NCBI GenBank assembly: GCA_028534125.1
Contig: CM052817.1
Coordinates: 91,886,001-91,950,000, forward strand
Reading direction: 5' to 3'
Source: Lama glama
Lineage: Eukaryota
Length of the DNA stretch: 64,000 nt
Position numbers and translations under genes: made by a program. Shown here piece after piece: positions 13,601 to 25,232 of this stretch (its first letter is position 1; each line of letters begins with the position of its first letter). The notes under the pieces were generated by a model. The model searched no databases, was not told where the DNA came from, and was given only the letters and a program-made list of their open reading frames with translations.

Positions 13601-14486
13601 AGTGAATATACTCAAGGAGGGTTTGCCTGGTCAGGTTTCACAATTTTATATCCTTGTGATAGACCCTTAGGCTCATAGTAGGCTTGGGGTAAAAATAAAG
13701 CCAGACCTACTCTTATATGTGTGAACACACTGGATATCCACTGGGGAGCACTGGCCGGCACTTAGGGTCCAGTGAATGACCTTGCAAGGAAGGGAATCTA
13801 AGACTCAGGAAGCAGAATGAAATTGAGCGCCTGGCCAAGGCAACAACACCTCAAAGGCCAGGAACATCTGGGAAATGTGCTTGGGCGCCACCCTTGATAT
13901 AACAGTGTCAGAGCATGGAACACCAAGTTGTGATCCTACCGATGTGCCTGCCAGCAGCCTTGTAGGACCAAAAGTGGTCCTAAGTGCACTTGTGCTTCCT
14001 TTAATGTGTGCACTATCCACACCATGGCAGTCTCCCTTCCTACAGATGCCAAGGAAAGCAGCTCGTCACACACAAAGCCGTGCCCTCAGTTGGTCCTAAA
14101 ACAGAAGATTGAATAACCAGCCCTCTCTTGGAGAGGCAAAGGGAAATTCCACCCTTCACCATGGTGGGAGTGGGCAGGAGGTATGGAGGATGAACTGCTT
14201 TGTCATACTAAGGGATCAACAGGAGTAATTGTGTGATTTACAAAACATAGCTAGGGTCCACAGGATTTGATCTCTTAAAAATTCACTCTAGCCTAAAGCA
14301 CATTGTACCCTAATTCCTCAATCTTACTTGAAATGATATGAGACTTAGACCCTGCAGAATTTAGAGTTCCACAGACAATAACCATCATATTTAAGCATAA
14401 GCAAATATTGAGCAATGAAATAAACATAGATTGCTTTAATTGCAGTTCCACAATTATCTTATGTCCTATTTCTCCATTAAAAAATG

Positions 14487-14575
14487 GTGGGGGTGGGTGG
14501 GTATAACTCAGTGGGAGAGTGCATGCTTAGCATACAAGAGGTCTTGGGTTCAGCCCCTAGTACCGTCATTAAAAA
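14487..14575 (+). mobile_element. tRNA-derived SINE (Vic-1-like, short tail)
   Basis: GGGTATAACTCAGTGGGAGAGTGCATGCTTAGCAT...GGGTTCAGCCCCTAGTACC; TSD taaaaaatg at 14478-14486 and 14576-14584. Confidence 0.85.
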
Positions 14576-14584
14576 TAAAAAATG

Positions 14585-14702
14585 CACCTTCTCAAGCCTC
14601 ATCCCAGACCAGATTCTGTGTCTTTGGCAGTGGAATCTGATTCCTTGCATCTTGAACAATTTCCCCAGGTGATCCTTAGACCCCCAAAAGTTTCAGAACT
14701 GT
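14585..14702. mobile_element. MER5-family fragment abutting the SINE
   Basis: catcccagaccag...tgcatcttgaacaatttccccaggtgatcc...aaagtttcagaactg. Confidence 0.5.
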
Positions 14703-15399
14703 TTGATGGGTTGTAAGCTCTCTCAGTAAATAAGAATATTCTCATCCCACAAAACCTTTAAAAAGTATTCTCACAGGGGGCTAATTGAAACTTCTTTCTT
14801 CCACAATACTATCATAAAATGAATTTCTTTCCTCAAACTCTTCTTTTTCTGCTGTTTACTCTCATCCTCCTATTTCTAAGTCTCTGACAGAATATCAATC
14901 AGGATTTTCAAAATATGCCAGTGTGTGGATGGAAATGACTTATTATACCAATCGACTGGAACATTTCATTTATTATCCTGAGTTTTGTAGTGCTTCTGCC
15001 CACTGGTTCCCCCTCAGCTGGGAGGCCCTGGATTCAGTCAGTGATGAGTGTTCTGTCAATATTTTACCTTGCATCTGAGTTGCCAGCTTCTGTTGGCTTA
15101 GTCGGGGTCATGCAACCTAAATTGTTTTTATAGTCCTTGAAGTAAGTCAATATTTTCAAGATCCTAAAAACTATTCAGGTTATAATCATAAGATCATATT
15201 CTAAACTAGTACGATGACCATGTTGACTCTGCTGTCCTGAACACCTGTATTTGAAACGTAAATTTTATGTTGAGAGCATTTTAGCTTTTATGAAACCAGT
15301 TCTGCTAAAGCCCAAGATGCCAGAAGCAATGATGTGAAATATGCTGTAACGTATGAATTTCAATATTGGACAATATTCAATATTTGGATAGAAAGATGC

Positions 15400-17940
15400 T
15401 GAAAGTCACTGAAGAAGCTTCTGGTAGATTGAATACCTCCATTCCTCTCGGTTTTCTCCAACTCCCCAGTACAATGACAAGAAAGGAATACAGGTGATAC
15501 CAGCATTCAAGGAGGATGGAAGATGGCAATAGCCATTAAAAGGATGTCGACAAAATTTTGGAAGATGAAAATCATATAGCTAAATGGTGAATGGCTGAGA
15601 AAGCTAATTCTAACCCTGCATCACAGGAAGCCAAAATTAAAGCAAGATGGTTCAAGCTAGAGAAGGCTGTAAATTCTCAGGAATCAGAAGCACTTCTGAA
15701 TGCCAGGGTGGGAGGTGTGGGGTGCACTTTAAAGGAAAACTGGCCCAAGTTCTGTTTAAGGAAGAGGTGGACCAGACACAAAAGCCCAGAGGCAAAGAAA
15801 GAGTTCGGAGAGGTTAAGCCACGAGACTCCGGAATCCTGGAGCTCAGCCCCAGGGAGGGTGGGTTGAAGAGCCATAAAAAACAGGGAGATTAAGGGAAAG
15901 TCTACATAATACTTAGTGAGACACCCCTCATCATCACTACAACCACTCAGCTTCCTCTGCTCAGCTCCCAAAAGCCAGCCCCTAGATTTACAACCTTCTG
16001 CAGTGACATCGCGGAAGTCTTTTCCCAACTGGCTGTAAGGGAAAAAAAAAATCTGCAGACACTGACCCAGTGAAGTAGCTGGGTTCTAGCTCAATCTGCC
16101 TACAGAAAAGCCCCACATCTGACAAGCTCTGGCTGAGCACACAGAGCAACTGATTTGCTTCATTGCGCCCCCCTCTTTAAAAAAGTGAACATTTGAGAAA
16201 AGCTTCCAACATGAAAGAAAGAAAAAGAAAATGAGCACATGGGAAAAGGGTGCTTAGCAGAAACAGAGACAAAACAGGGAGCACAAGAAAACCTAATTTA
16301 AAAATGATAATTAATATCCTTAAACTTACAGGGGTAAATCAGAGAACAAGGAAGAGCTTATGGAAATTTAAAATGTGATAAATAAAATAATTTTAGAGTT
16401 GGAGCATAAAGCTGAGAAAATCTCACATAACAGAACAAAAGGACAAAGACTGAACAGATAGGAAAATTAGAGAACAATCCAGGAGGTCCAATACACGATG
16501 AATAAAAGTTCCAGAAAGTTAGAAAAAGAGAAAAGGGAAGGGAGAAATGATCAAAGAAATAATCCAAGAACATATCTTAAGGACATATTTACAAAGTAAA
16601 AAAGGACAAGGTACATAGTCCCAGACACAGTAATGAAAAAGGGCTACTTTAAGGCATATCATCATGAAATGTCAGGGATAGAAGATTTGAAAAACTCTCA
16701 GAGTGAAAAAACAGGCTACGCACATAGAGAAGGGGATCCATATGTCACTGGACTTCTCAACAGTATGAGAGCCACAGGATGGTGAGGAAGTGCCTTTACA
16801 AGTCAGATGCAACATGTTTTCTTATTTTTAATGCTACATCTGGCAAACTATCACTCAGGTGTGAGGATAAAGACATTCTCAAAAATAGTATTCATAAACA
16901 CAATGTCCTGTGCACCCTTTCTTAAGAAGTTCTGAGGATGTGCTCCACCGATTTAAGGGACTAAGCCAAGAAGGAGGAGGAGGGATCGAGAAAGCAGATA
17001 ATGCAACATAGAAGGGGAGGGGTGTGAGATATTCCAAGAATGATGGTGAAAGGCAGTTGTGGGACCTCAGTTAAGAGGCAGACCAAGAAAAGTGCAGGAT
17101 AGAAGAAGACTGGAACAAGAGGGTGTAAATCTTGGGGAGAGATACTGTATATTATTCATATATGTAAAAGAATAGAAAGAAGGAAGGAAGGAAAGAAGGA
17201 AAGAAAGAAAAAAAGAAAGAAAGAGAAAGAAACAAAGAAACAAAGAAAGAGAAAGAGAAAGGAGAGAGGGAGAGAGGCAAAGAGGAAGAGAGGGAGAAAG
17301 AAATTGAGAAAGAAAGAGAAGTAGGAGGTGGGAGGGGAGAGAGGGCAGGAGAGAAAGAGGGAGAGAGAGAAAAAAAGAAAAGAAGAAAATAGATTCTTTG
17401 ATGTGTTTGATCATATTGAAAATTTTACAGGGTCAGACAGGTTGAGGATAGATTGAAGGTAGGTGCAGAGATAACACCAAATTAAATAAAGAGGCAGTTA
17501 TAAATCCCAGGGAAAATAAAAAGCTATACAAGAAAGGAAATATAATCATAGTAAGCTACAACTAAATTGTGAGGCACTGTTCAAAAGTCAGTCATGTAAA
17601 TATGGAATACTTCCCAAATCATAATTTGTGATACATCTAGTTATACTGAGTATGGTAAGGAAAAAGAGAGACTATGTGAAGGGGGGTGGGTTTTTTTGTG
17701 TGAGGGTAGTGGAAGTGAGCTAAATCCTTGTCTTCTAAGGTATCAAATAATTGAAGTATTGGGAAACAGCAGTTTATGGAGATAAATAAGAGAAAACAAC
17801 TTAATGAATTGAAGCAGCCACCTCTGGGAGGCAGAATTAGAATGGAGGAGACGAAGCAGGGGCTGCTCTTTCTCATCATGAGCCTTAAAGTACCATCTGA
17901 CTTTCTGAACTATGTCACGTATGATTTGGATAAAATAAAC
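15400..17940 (+). mobile_element. HAL1 / ancient L1 ORF1-type element, degenerate, interrupted by a polypurine tract
   Basis: ORF1-like segment (aggaggtccaata...gttccagaaag...aaagaaataatccaagaa; ggacttctcaacag). HAL1/L1ME-type 3' end (agccttaaagtaccatctgactttctgaactatgt...gataaaataaa). 5' boundary approximate. Confidence 0.6.
17174..17389 (+). repeat. About 215-bp GA-rich low-complexity polypurine tract
   Basis: GAAA/GGAA/GAGA units with only a handful of pyrimidines. Confidence 0.92.
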
Positions 17941-18695
17941 AATATATGTTTTACAGAAACTAAACAAAGGGGCTCCAAGTTTTTAAAGTTAAAGGAAATG
18001 TATCTTCAAAGAGATTTCCATGATGTCTGTGAATATAAGCACTCCGTTCTTTCTGTGGAGATTTTATGGCTACTGCACATGAGATCCAACAGATTTTGAT
18101 AAAATAAAATTGAAAGGGGAAGACATTCTGTAAAGTATAAGCATACACAGAATCATTATGATATACGCAGCCACCCACAGAAAATACACAGATAAAGAGG
18201 AAGGTAGGAGAGTGTCTATGACTTATCTAGTCCTATGATCACAACTAAAGTAGTAAAAATTAACATCACATTTTGGAAATGTTTCACTTTCCACTCTTGC
18301 CTGTAGGAATTATTCTTGGGCTCTGGGTATCCGTGTATCCTTCCTTGACCAGCCAGTAGTCATTTGCTTTTGTTGTACTTCTTTCATAGTTGCTCCATTG
18401 TTTTTTTGTTCGTCAGACACAGTGACAGAGTTTGCCATCCCAGCGATTTCCTTGTTCCACTGGCTCAAGATAACCACCTCCTATCAAAGGATTCTTTTCA
18501 GACTTGCCTTTCCAGTTCTTCTGTTTGATCTCAATAGCAGCTCTGTGTTATTTGTGCTAACACTCTCTCCCCTGGAGCTGATAATCAACTCTAAACATAT
18601 TTTGGGGCCAAACTTTGCTCAGTGTCATCAAATGACTTATGAAACATCCTTACATTTAAGACACAGTGTTAAGTACTATGCAAAAATTAGCAAAA

Positions 18696-18697
<2 letters not shown>

Positions 18698-18732
<35 letters not shown>
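18698..18732. repeat. (AG)n microsatellite
   Basis: Direct reading. Confidence 0.95.
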
Positions 18733-18735
<3 letters not shown>

Positions 18736-19279
18736 TGTCCTTGAGAAACAAGATCAGGAAAAGATAATAATAGACACAACCAAAGTGTGTTCTTGTCCTT
18801 TCAGTACAGAAACACATATTTTAACATATATTTTAAAAACTAGCGTGCAATAGCAATTCAGAAGGTCCAAATACATGATGAAGAGAGGTTCCAGAAAGTA
18901 GAAAAAGAGAAGAGGGAAGGGAGAAATGATTATAACCCAGAGAGGATGTGAAAGCTTATAATGGTGGAAATTTCATTAATACCTTTGTTGTCACTGTTTT
19001 AGCTGATTTTCATAAAAATTAAGAGAAGACTGTAAGGAGTGAAAAGGGGACACGGAGGGAGAAAGGAAAAAAGAGTGAGTGTGGAGAGAAAGGGTTTGAA
19101 CTACTTCCTAAAGCATGGATTCACAACTCATATATGTAAATGAATAGAAAGTAACGGTATCACTGCAACCCTACTGGCAAATTGGATATTAAGGATTTTT
19201 AAAACAAAGAATTAGCAAAGTGTAAACCTTTAAAAAAAAATAGGGTAGGTATTTTCCGTCCTTAAAAAAGTTTTTTTTT

Positions 19280-19720
19280 CCCCTAATGGTAGAATTAAAC
19301 ATACATGTATAATGGGACCTTTAAAAAATTCAGTAAAGTATAAAGAAAAAAACATAATAATAATAATTTTACCAATAAATTTACCAAGAAATACCATTCT
19401 TAATATTTTAGCTATTCAGTATTTTCTATACTTATTTAAAAACACAATTTGGATTGTTAACACACGAGCTGTTGTATGATCATATTTCACTCATATTATG
19501 AGGAGTTCCACATGATTAATCATTCATTAATAGCATGATTTTCATGTACATCATTTATTTTTCCAAAATGTTTATTTTGGTCCTAATTTTCCACTATCAT
19601 AAGTAACACCATGAGCATAATCTTTCTGTCTAAATCTTTGTTCAATTCTCTAATTATAAGGAATAATATGTAAATTCTCAGAAGTGGAATTTTCAGATAA
19701 AACATTCACAATTTTGAAAT
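19280..19720 (-). mobile_element. Ancient L1ME-like fragment
   Basis: AT-rich, with ttttccactatcataagtaacacc...gaagtggaatttt motifs of an antisense L1 3' end. Confidence 0.45.
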
Positions 19721-22277
19721 AAGTTTTTTTTCTCTCTTTTTGGCTCTCTCTTTTTTGAAACTTACAGGAACAAAGTGAAGTTCTATTCATTTCTGAGAGG
19801 AATGGCATTTTCTGCAAATATCCCAAATAAGTAAACATCTGTGTAAGATAATTATCTCGAAATAAATATTCTCATGTTATTGGCTTTTGTGCTCAAGTCA
19901 TTCATTAAAACTAAGTGTTGATCATGGTCCTTGTGGCCAAGAAAGAATGAAGTGAATTTTCACTAGCAACAGCAGAAAACAAATAAGAACCACACCTGTG
20001 TATAATTATATTTTCGATCTTGCCTGTAATTCATGCTCGTATTTGTAATTAACTATTCTGAGAGCTGTGTCAATACTCCTCCACAATCAGATAAAAGCAA
20101 TGAAACAAATGGTGTGTTTGCAGAAAGATATTCACATGTTTATATATGTATTTTGAAGCTTGTTTCAAACAGTGGTGAGTTAATATTTCATTAAAAAGCA
20201 TACTTTTGCTTGATGGTTCTTTATGAGGTTAAGAAGTGATTATTCTAATGGGGAAGATTCTGTCCATCCTGAAAGCACCTTGTGAGATGAAAAAAGAGGA
20301 GGAGCCCATGAATTTAACCCAGAAAAGCATCACTTTTGTTTCTTCATCACCTGACCGAGCCCTTTCAAAACAAGACCTCAGCAGCTCAAGGCTTCCGTTA
20401 CTCATAGCCAGGCAAGCACAAGGACCCGAAATAAGCACCTTCAAAATTCATGTTCCAGCAAAGACAGGAGCTTTGTCCCAAGGTAGCGAATTTCAAAAGA
20501 TATTTAGTGAGGGTGGGGAATAAGGATGGATCACACCGTGCCCACAGGTCTGCAGATTTGGAATTAATCATCCTTGGCCTGGCTTGGAGGAAGTACTTTA
20601 CTGTAGCCCGTTTGAAAAACAGTGGGTGCAGAAGCACAATTTGTATTAAGATTAACAGCGGACCATTCTGACGGCCTGTGATCTCATAAACCTCTGATGG
20701 GCGTCTGGGCTACAACATCCCTGTGTATTGCCTCTGTTTCTGCCAGCTTCAGAAATTAATACTGAAATGTATAAAATGTTGCATTTTCCAATGGTATATT
20801 TATTTTTAATGAAACCAAGATAAAGTGTAAAAGTTCACATTTCAATGAGGTTTTTCTACCTGCTACTGACTGCAGCTGATGTAAAGCAAGCTACATTTTT
20901 ATTTCTCCAGACAGAATTTCTTTAGAGCTGGTTGGCATGTGCAGACAAGAAACCACTGTGAGGTTTTGGGGTTGGAAGCACTGTGAAGGACAAGAATCAA
21001 GCCACAGAGTCCAGGCCTGTCTCTGCAGGCCAGCACCATCTCCAGCCCTGCAGCCGGCATCAAGCTTGGGGAGGTGGGGTGGGAGTGGGGCGGGCACACC
21101 AGGACGTATGATGCAAACAGCATCTGGTGATGCAAGATCTCCCTGCATTACTTTGCTGTGTTTCTCATGCATCCCACTGTGGCTGACCAGTTAAGCACTA
21201 GTTAGAACCTGTTTGCACACGAGGGTCCCTAAAGCAGAGACTTTTCTGCAAAATCTCCAACTGCAACACATCCTGAGAGGACTGAGGCACAGAACTGTGC
21301 CCACACAATTGACAGCAACTGGCAGTAAAATGATGGCTCCTGAATTCACCCACGTCAGGTCAGGTCAGTAGAACAGGTGGCGCATTTCCCCATTTCCCCT
21401 TTCCTTACAGGCAGATAAAGTGTTAAAGGAGCTCTGGCTGTGTGGCACACTGGTCAGGGTGAGGAGGGCCAATGCTTGTCAATGAGCATTCATTCTCTAC
21501 TGGTTGCCACTTATTTTCACCACGGATCCCTGACAGCCCTCCACCCCTCCACCGGGATGACATGACGAAAGACAGTAGGGAAAAAGACTATTTTGATACA
21601 GCACTAAGGGATACTCATCATTACATTCTCCTGAATCACAGCCGAATGATTTGGAGAGGTTTTACTGCACCCTCAAGCCATGAGGTTGAGACAGCTTCTA
21701 ACTTCCAGTTCACCAACCAATGCTGAAACACCACGCGGTCAGACAAAAAGCTATTCTTCAACTTCACTTTGAAAATACAGAAAACTCTCCCACCTTTGAA
21801 TACCAAGAATCCAAATTTTCATGATTCATAATTCAGTTAGATGGAGGCTTTTTCAGGACCTTGCAAGACTGTTGGCAGAGATCCCTAAATGCTCTGACCT
21901 TCCTACCACCCCAGCCCAGGACCAAATGACCTAGGAGAGAAGGTACAGGAGGCGCCCCGTGTTCTGTCATGTCGCCTCTACAGCCTGCCTTCCTAGAATG
22001 AGCCTTTTATGTAATTTTTGGTTTCTTTTCTGCTGCTCGGAATAAAAGGAGTTTGGTTCCTAGGCATTCAAATACAGGAAAGTCTACTGTGCCACTTTTT
22101 CTGTCTCTTAGAAAAAAAGGACAAAAAAACCCCCAAACAAACCTGGCAACTACATGAGGATGTGTAAGAAGGATTTCTGCAGGTAATTAAGCCTCGTATC
22201 GCTGAAGCCTGGAGTGCATCGTACACCGACAATCTGAAACGCACCACGAGAACTGCTCAAGTGTGTTCCGCTTTCAC

Positions 22278-22286
22278 ACTTACCTG
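22278..22286 (-). other. MAML3: 5' splice donor of the MAML3 exon
   Basis: The minus strand reads CAG|GTAAGT, a perfect U1 consensus, exactly where MAML3 similarity ends (...SHGQ). Confidence 0.93.
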
Positions 22287-22806
22287 ACCGTGGGATGGAA
22301 GTGCCGGGTAAGCCATGGGCTGGTTCATCACTCCCTTCTGCTTCATGAGAAGCATGCGTTTCTGGTCCTCACTTAGGTGGGCCCTGGGGGCCTGGAGCTG
22401 CGGGGGTGGCTGCGGCTGCGGCTGCGGCTGCGGCTGCTGGATGTAGGGCATCAGGGGGGTTTTGCTGGGGTTGGCCATCGGTGGTGTCATCCTCTGACTC
22501 AAGTCTGCGTTAAAATGGGTCAGAGGCTTCGTGTTGCCATAAGTCAGAATATTGTGCTGTTTGTTTAAGGAGTTTGTACCCAAGTTATTTGGCTGCTGAT
22601 TGAGCATATTTATGTGGTTCTGAGGGAGGTAGTTATTCATTGTCGTCTTCTGCAGGTTGTTTGCCATTGGAGGCACTATGGGGTTTTGGTTGTTAAAGGC
22701 TTGGGGGTACATCATCGGGCTATTTGGTTTTTCCGCAGTGAAAGCTGCCCCGTATGGACTGGAGGGAGGCCCTAAGGGGGACCAACTTGACGTCTGATTT
22801 GAGTGC

Positions 22807-22859
<53 letters not shown>

Positions 22860-23843
22860 CTGCTGCATGAGTTTGGCCCTTTGCTGTTGCTGCGCCGCCA
22901 TCTGCTTGAGCTGCTCTGCTGGCGACAGGTCGGAGCCAGGCCCGGCCACGGGGCCCGACCCTGAACCAGCCCCTGTCACTGCTGCCGCCGGATTAAGGAG
23001 ATAACCATTTCCCGGCCGAGGGGGAGCTTGGCCTGGAGTGTGGGCTTGGTTTGGAGTTTGAGGGGACTGGACTGCACAGTTTGCCGGTGAGCTGGCGGGG
23101 TTTGGAGCTGCGGGAGTGCTGGCAACAGAAGGTAAACTGGTGGCCGTGGAGACAGTAGAAAAGGGAGGACCAGAAGAAGATGGCCTGGCCTGGGGAGACC
23201 CCATGGAGACATGTGTGAAAGGAGAGTGACATGGGTCACTCTTCACGCTGGCGCTCTCCTGGGACAGGGGGGTCTCCGTCGCTGGCTGCGAGAATTCTGG
23301 CTCCTTCTTCTCTTCAAAGTCTTCGTTGAATAGGTCCTGTATGTCATCTTCAGGAACCGTGTTGGCCAGTTCATCTATCAGTTCTTGCCACTCCTGATCA
23401 TTCAGGTTAATGTCCGAGAACAGCTTGTTCTGATTTGAAAGAGATGTTTCTGATGTGTCTATGCAAGTAGGGTCATCTAGAGGTTCTTGTTTGAGGTCCT
23501 TGCTCTGCAAGATGGTGAAGCTATCCTCCAGGTCACTGCAACCATTAACAGGAAGTTTAATCTCTGGGAGCCTCCCATTCTTACTGAGATCTTCCAGAAG
23601 CCCAGGAGTGTGCGTCCCACTATTCTGCAAGGGCAAAGAAGGCTTCAGGTCAAGTTGGTGAAGAGGAGAAGCTGAAGGCAGTGGCATGTTGGGCAAGCTG
23701 TTGATGGTTTCCAGCCCCGTGGGAATGTCCTTTCGTATTCGCTTGCTAGTTGGAGAAAAACTCCCATCGCAAGCACCATTCTGCTGGTCTCCATTAAGTG
23801 GTGATCGGGCTCCTTCCAACTTCCTTTTCACAGTCTCCTGGAG
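22284..23843 (-). CDS. MAML3: MAML3 large internal coding exon (exon 2 equivalent): Mastermind-like protein 3, Notch/CSL co-activator; partial CDS
   Basis: ORF 22257-23885(-) translates to LQETVKRKLEGARSPLNGDQQNG...DINLNDQEWQELIDELANTVPEDDIQDLFNEDFE...SPAEQLKQMAAQQQQRAKLMQQKQ(n)HSNQ...LTYGNTKPLTHFNADL...LPSHGQ, which I recognise as MAML3. The acceptor is TCTTTTCCATTTCTTTTCCAG|CTC with the exon starting at 23843. The donor is CAG|GTAAGT with the exon ending at 22284. Length 1560 nt = 520 codons, phase 0/0. The first 14 and last 8 residues of the ORF are intronic read-through. Confidence 0.96.
22410..22439 (-). repeat. MAML3: Coding hexanucleotide repeat CAG (CAGCCG)4 CAG encoding QQPQPQPQPQ
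   Basis: Plus strand ctgcggctgcggctgcggctgcggctgctg; translation YIQQPQPQPQPQPPPQLQ. Confidence 0.92.
22806..22856 (-). repeat. MAML3: Coding polyglutamine tract (CAG)10 CAA (CAG)6, 17 Gln
   Basis: Counted directly from the plus-strand ctg/ttg run between the His codon (22803-22805) and the Lys codon (22857-22859). Confidence 0.93.
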
Positions 23844-23866
23844 CTGGAAAAGAAATGGAAAAGAAT
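23844..23866 (-). other. MAML3: 3' splice acceptor and polypyrimidine tract of the MAML3 exon
   Basis: The minus strand reads CATTCTTTTCCATTTCTTTTCCAG immediately before the codon CTC (Leu) where MAML3 similarity begins. Confidence 0.9.
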
Positions 23867-24432
23867 GACTAAACTTCCAAGGCATAGTTTACTCTTTAAG
23901 CATGGTTGTGTGCATGGCTATGAACTAATTTTTAAGTGGTTTAGAACACATCAGAAAGTTACACTTCAAATTTCAAAGTTGGCTGGGCTTCAATTCAAAC
24001 TCTATAGGAAAAGATTTTATCCAAAAGCAGAGCTCACATGGCTAAGAGATAGAAAGCAACTAAAGATTCGAGGGTGGAACAAAAGAAAAAAATCAGTTAA
24101 GGCAATACTTCTCTTATAGGGGAGAATCATCTATTATTATTTTTCAAATGAATACAACATGAGACGTGGACCAAAATGTGTCATATTTAAGAAAGATGTT
24201 AATATCCATCTTAAATTCTTGTCACATCTTAATTGAGAACATCAAGAAATTAAATCAATAATATTCTAAAGAACACTAAAAATCCTCTAAGAATATAGAA
24301 TTTAACACATTTACTGAATAGCATAGAAATGAAGATTAATGGTTAATGGAACCTGAAACTTCCTTTTGGTTCATATTTTACTTGACCTCCCAGCACTTCG
24401 TGATTCAGTAGCCTGCTCTGTTCTAAACAACT

Positions 24433-24538
24433 GTATGTATGTTCCTACGTGACTGAAGTATTGTACACCAGAAATTGACACAACATTGTAAACTGAATGT
24501 ACTTCCATAAAAATATATTAAAATAAAATAAAATAAAA
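24433..24538 (+). mobile_element. Extreme 3' end of LINE-1 (about 100 bp)
   Basis: tgtacaccagaaattgacacaacattgtaaactgaatgtacttc plus an A-rich tail; closely similar to the end of the L1 at 51940-51995. Confidence 0.82.
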
Positions 24539-25232
24539 GCACACTTCCATTGGTTTCAATGATAATTGGTTTCAATAATATCCCACTTTCCTAGATTTCC
24601 TTCTTTCTCTCCATCTGCACTCGCTCTCTCTCATGTATTCCTCTTTTGTTCCCCTAAATGATGGGATTCTTCATCATTTGGTCTTCAGCATTTTTCCCCT
24701 GCCCACTCTACATGCCTGCCTAGATGATTTCATCCATTACAACAGCTTTAACTACCTTCTTGAGGCTGATGCACCCACAACAACGTGCCCAGCCCAGCCT
24801 TCCCTGCTGAGTTCCACTAACTCTGCCATTCTCTTCCCTTGATGTTTCACGGGCATCTGAAACTCAACATGTCTCAACTTTGAGCTAATTACCTTTTCAC
24901 CAATTGTCCCCCTCTCAGGATCTGGCTGGTTACCCAAATTGGAAACCTGAGCTTTCTTCTTGAAATGTCTCACATCACAATCATCACATCATATGGATTC
25001 TGCATCCAGAACATTCTCTCATATGCCTGCTTATCTCCAACCTCACTGCTACTATCCTAGTCCAGGGTAATCTTGTCTCTTGCTAGATTGTTGCAACAGT
25101 CTCCTAAAAGGTCTCTGCCTTGCCTCCACTCATCCATCCATTCACTCTCTATCTATTTTAGTCATTGTTTTGCTCTCTATCAATCTATTCTCTGTACAGC
25201 CACCTCCTTCAAAAATTATATTGCCCTTCCTG

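Larger units (their letters stand above)
1..22283 (-). other. MAML3: MAML3 downstream intron (intron 2, partial)
   Basis: Follows the GTAAGT donor; no downstream MAML3 exon is recognisable in the ORF track. Confidence 0.8.

Noticed and set aside
20798..22259. Truncated MAML3 isoform by donor read-through (VSVKAEHT-stop) and intronic polyadenylation
   Set aside because: The donor is a perfect consensus, and the nearest minus-strand AATAAA I found is about 1.35 kb away in AT-rich sequence. Not supportable without 3'-end data.
22257..23885. 542-aa ORF as a complete single-exon gene
   Set aside because: The listed start is a non-ATG codon in intronic sequence. The first 14 aa translate the polypyrimidine region and the last 8 aa run through a perfect donor. 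It is an internal exon.
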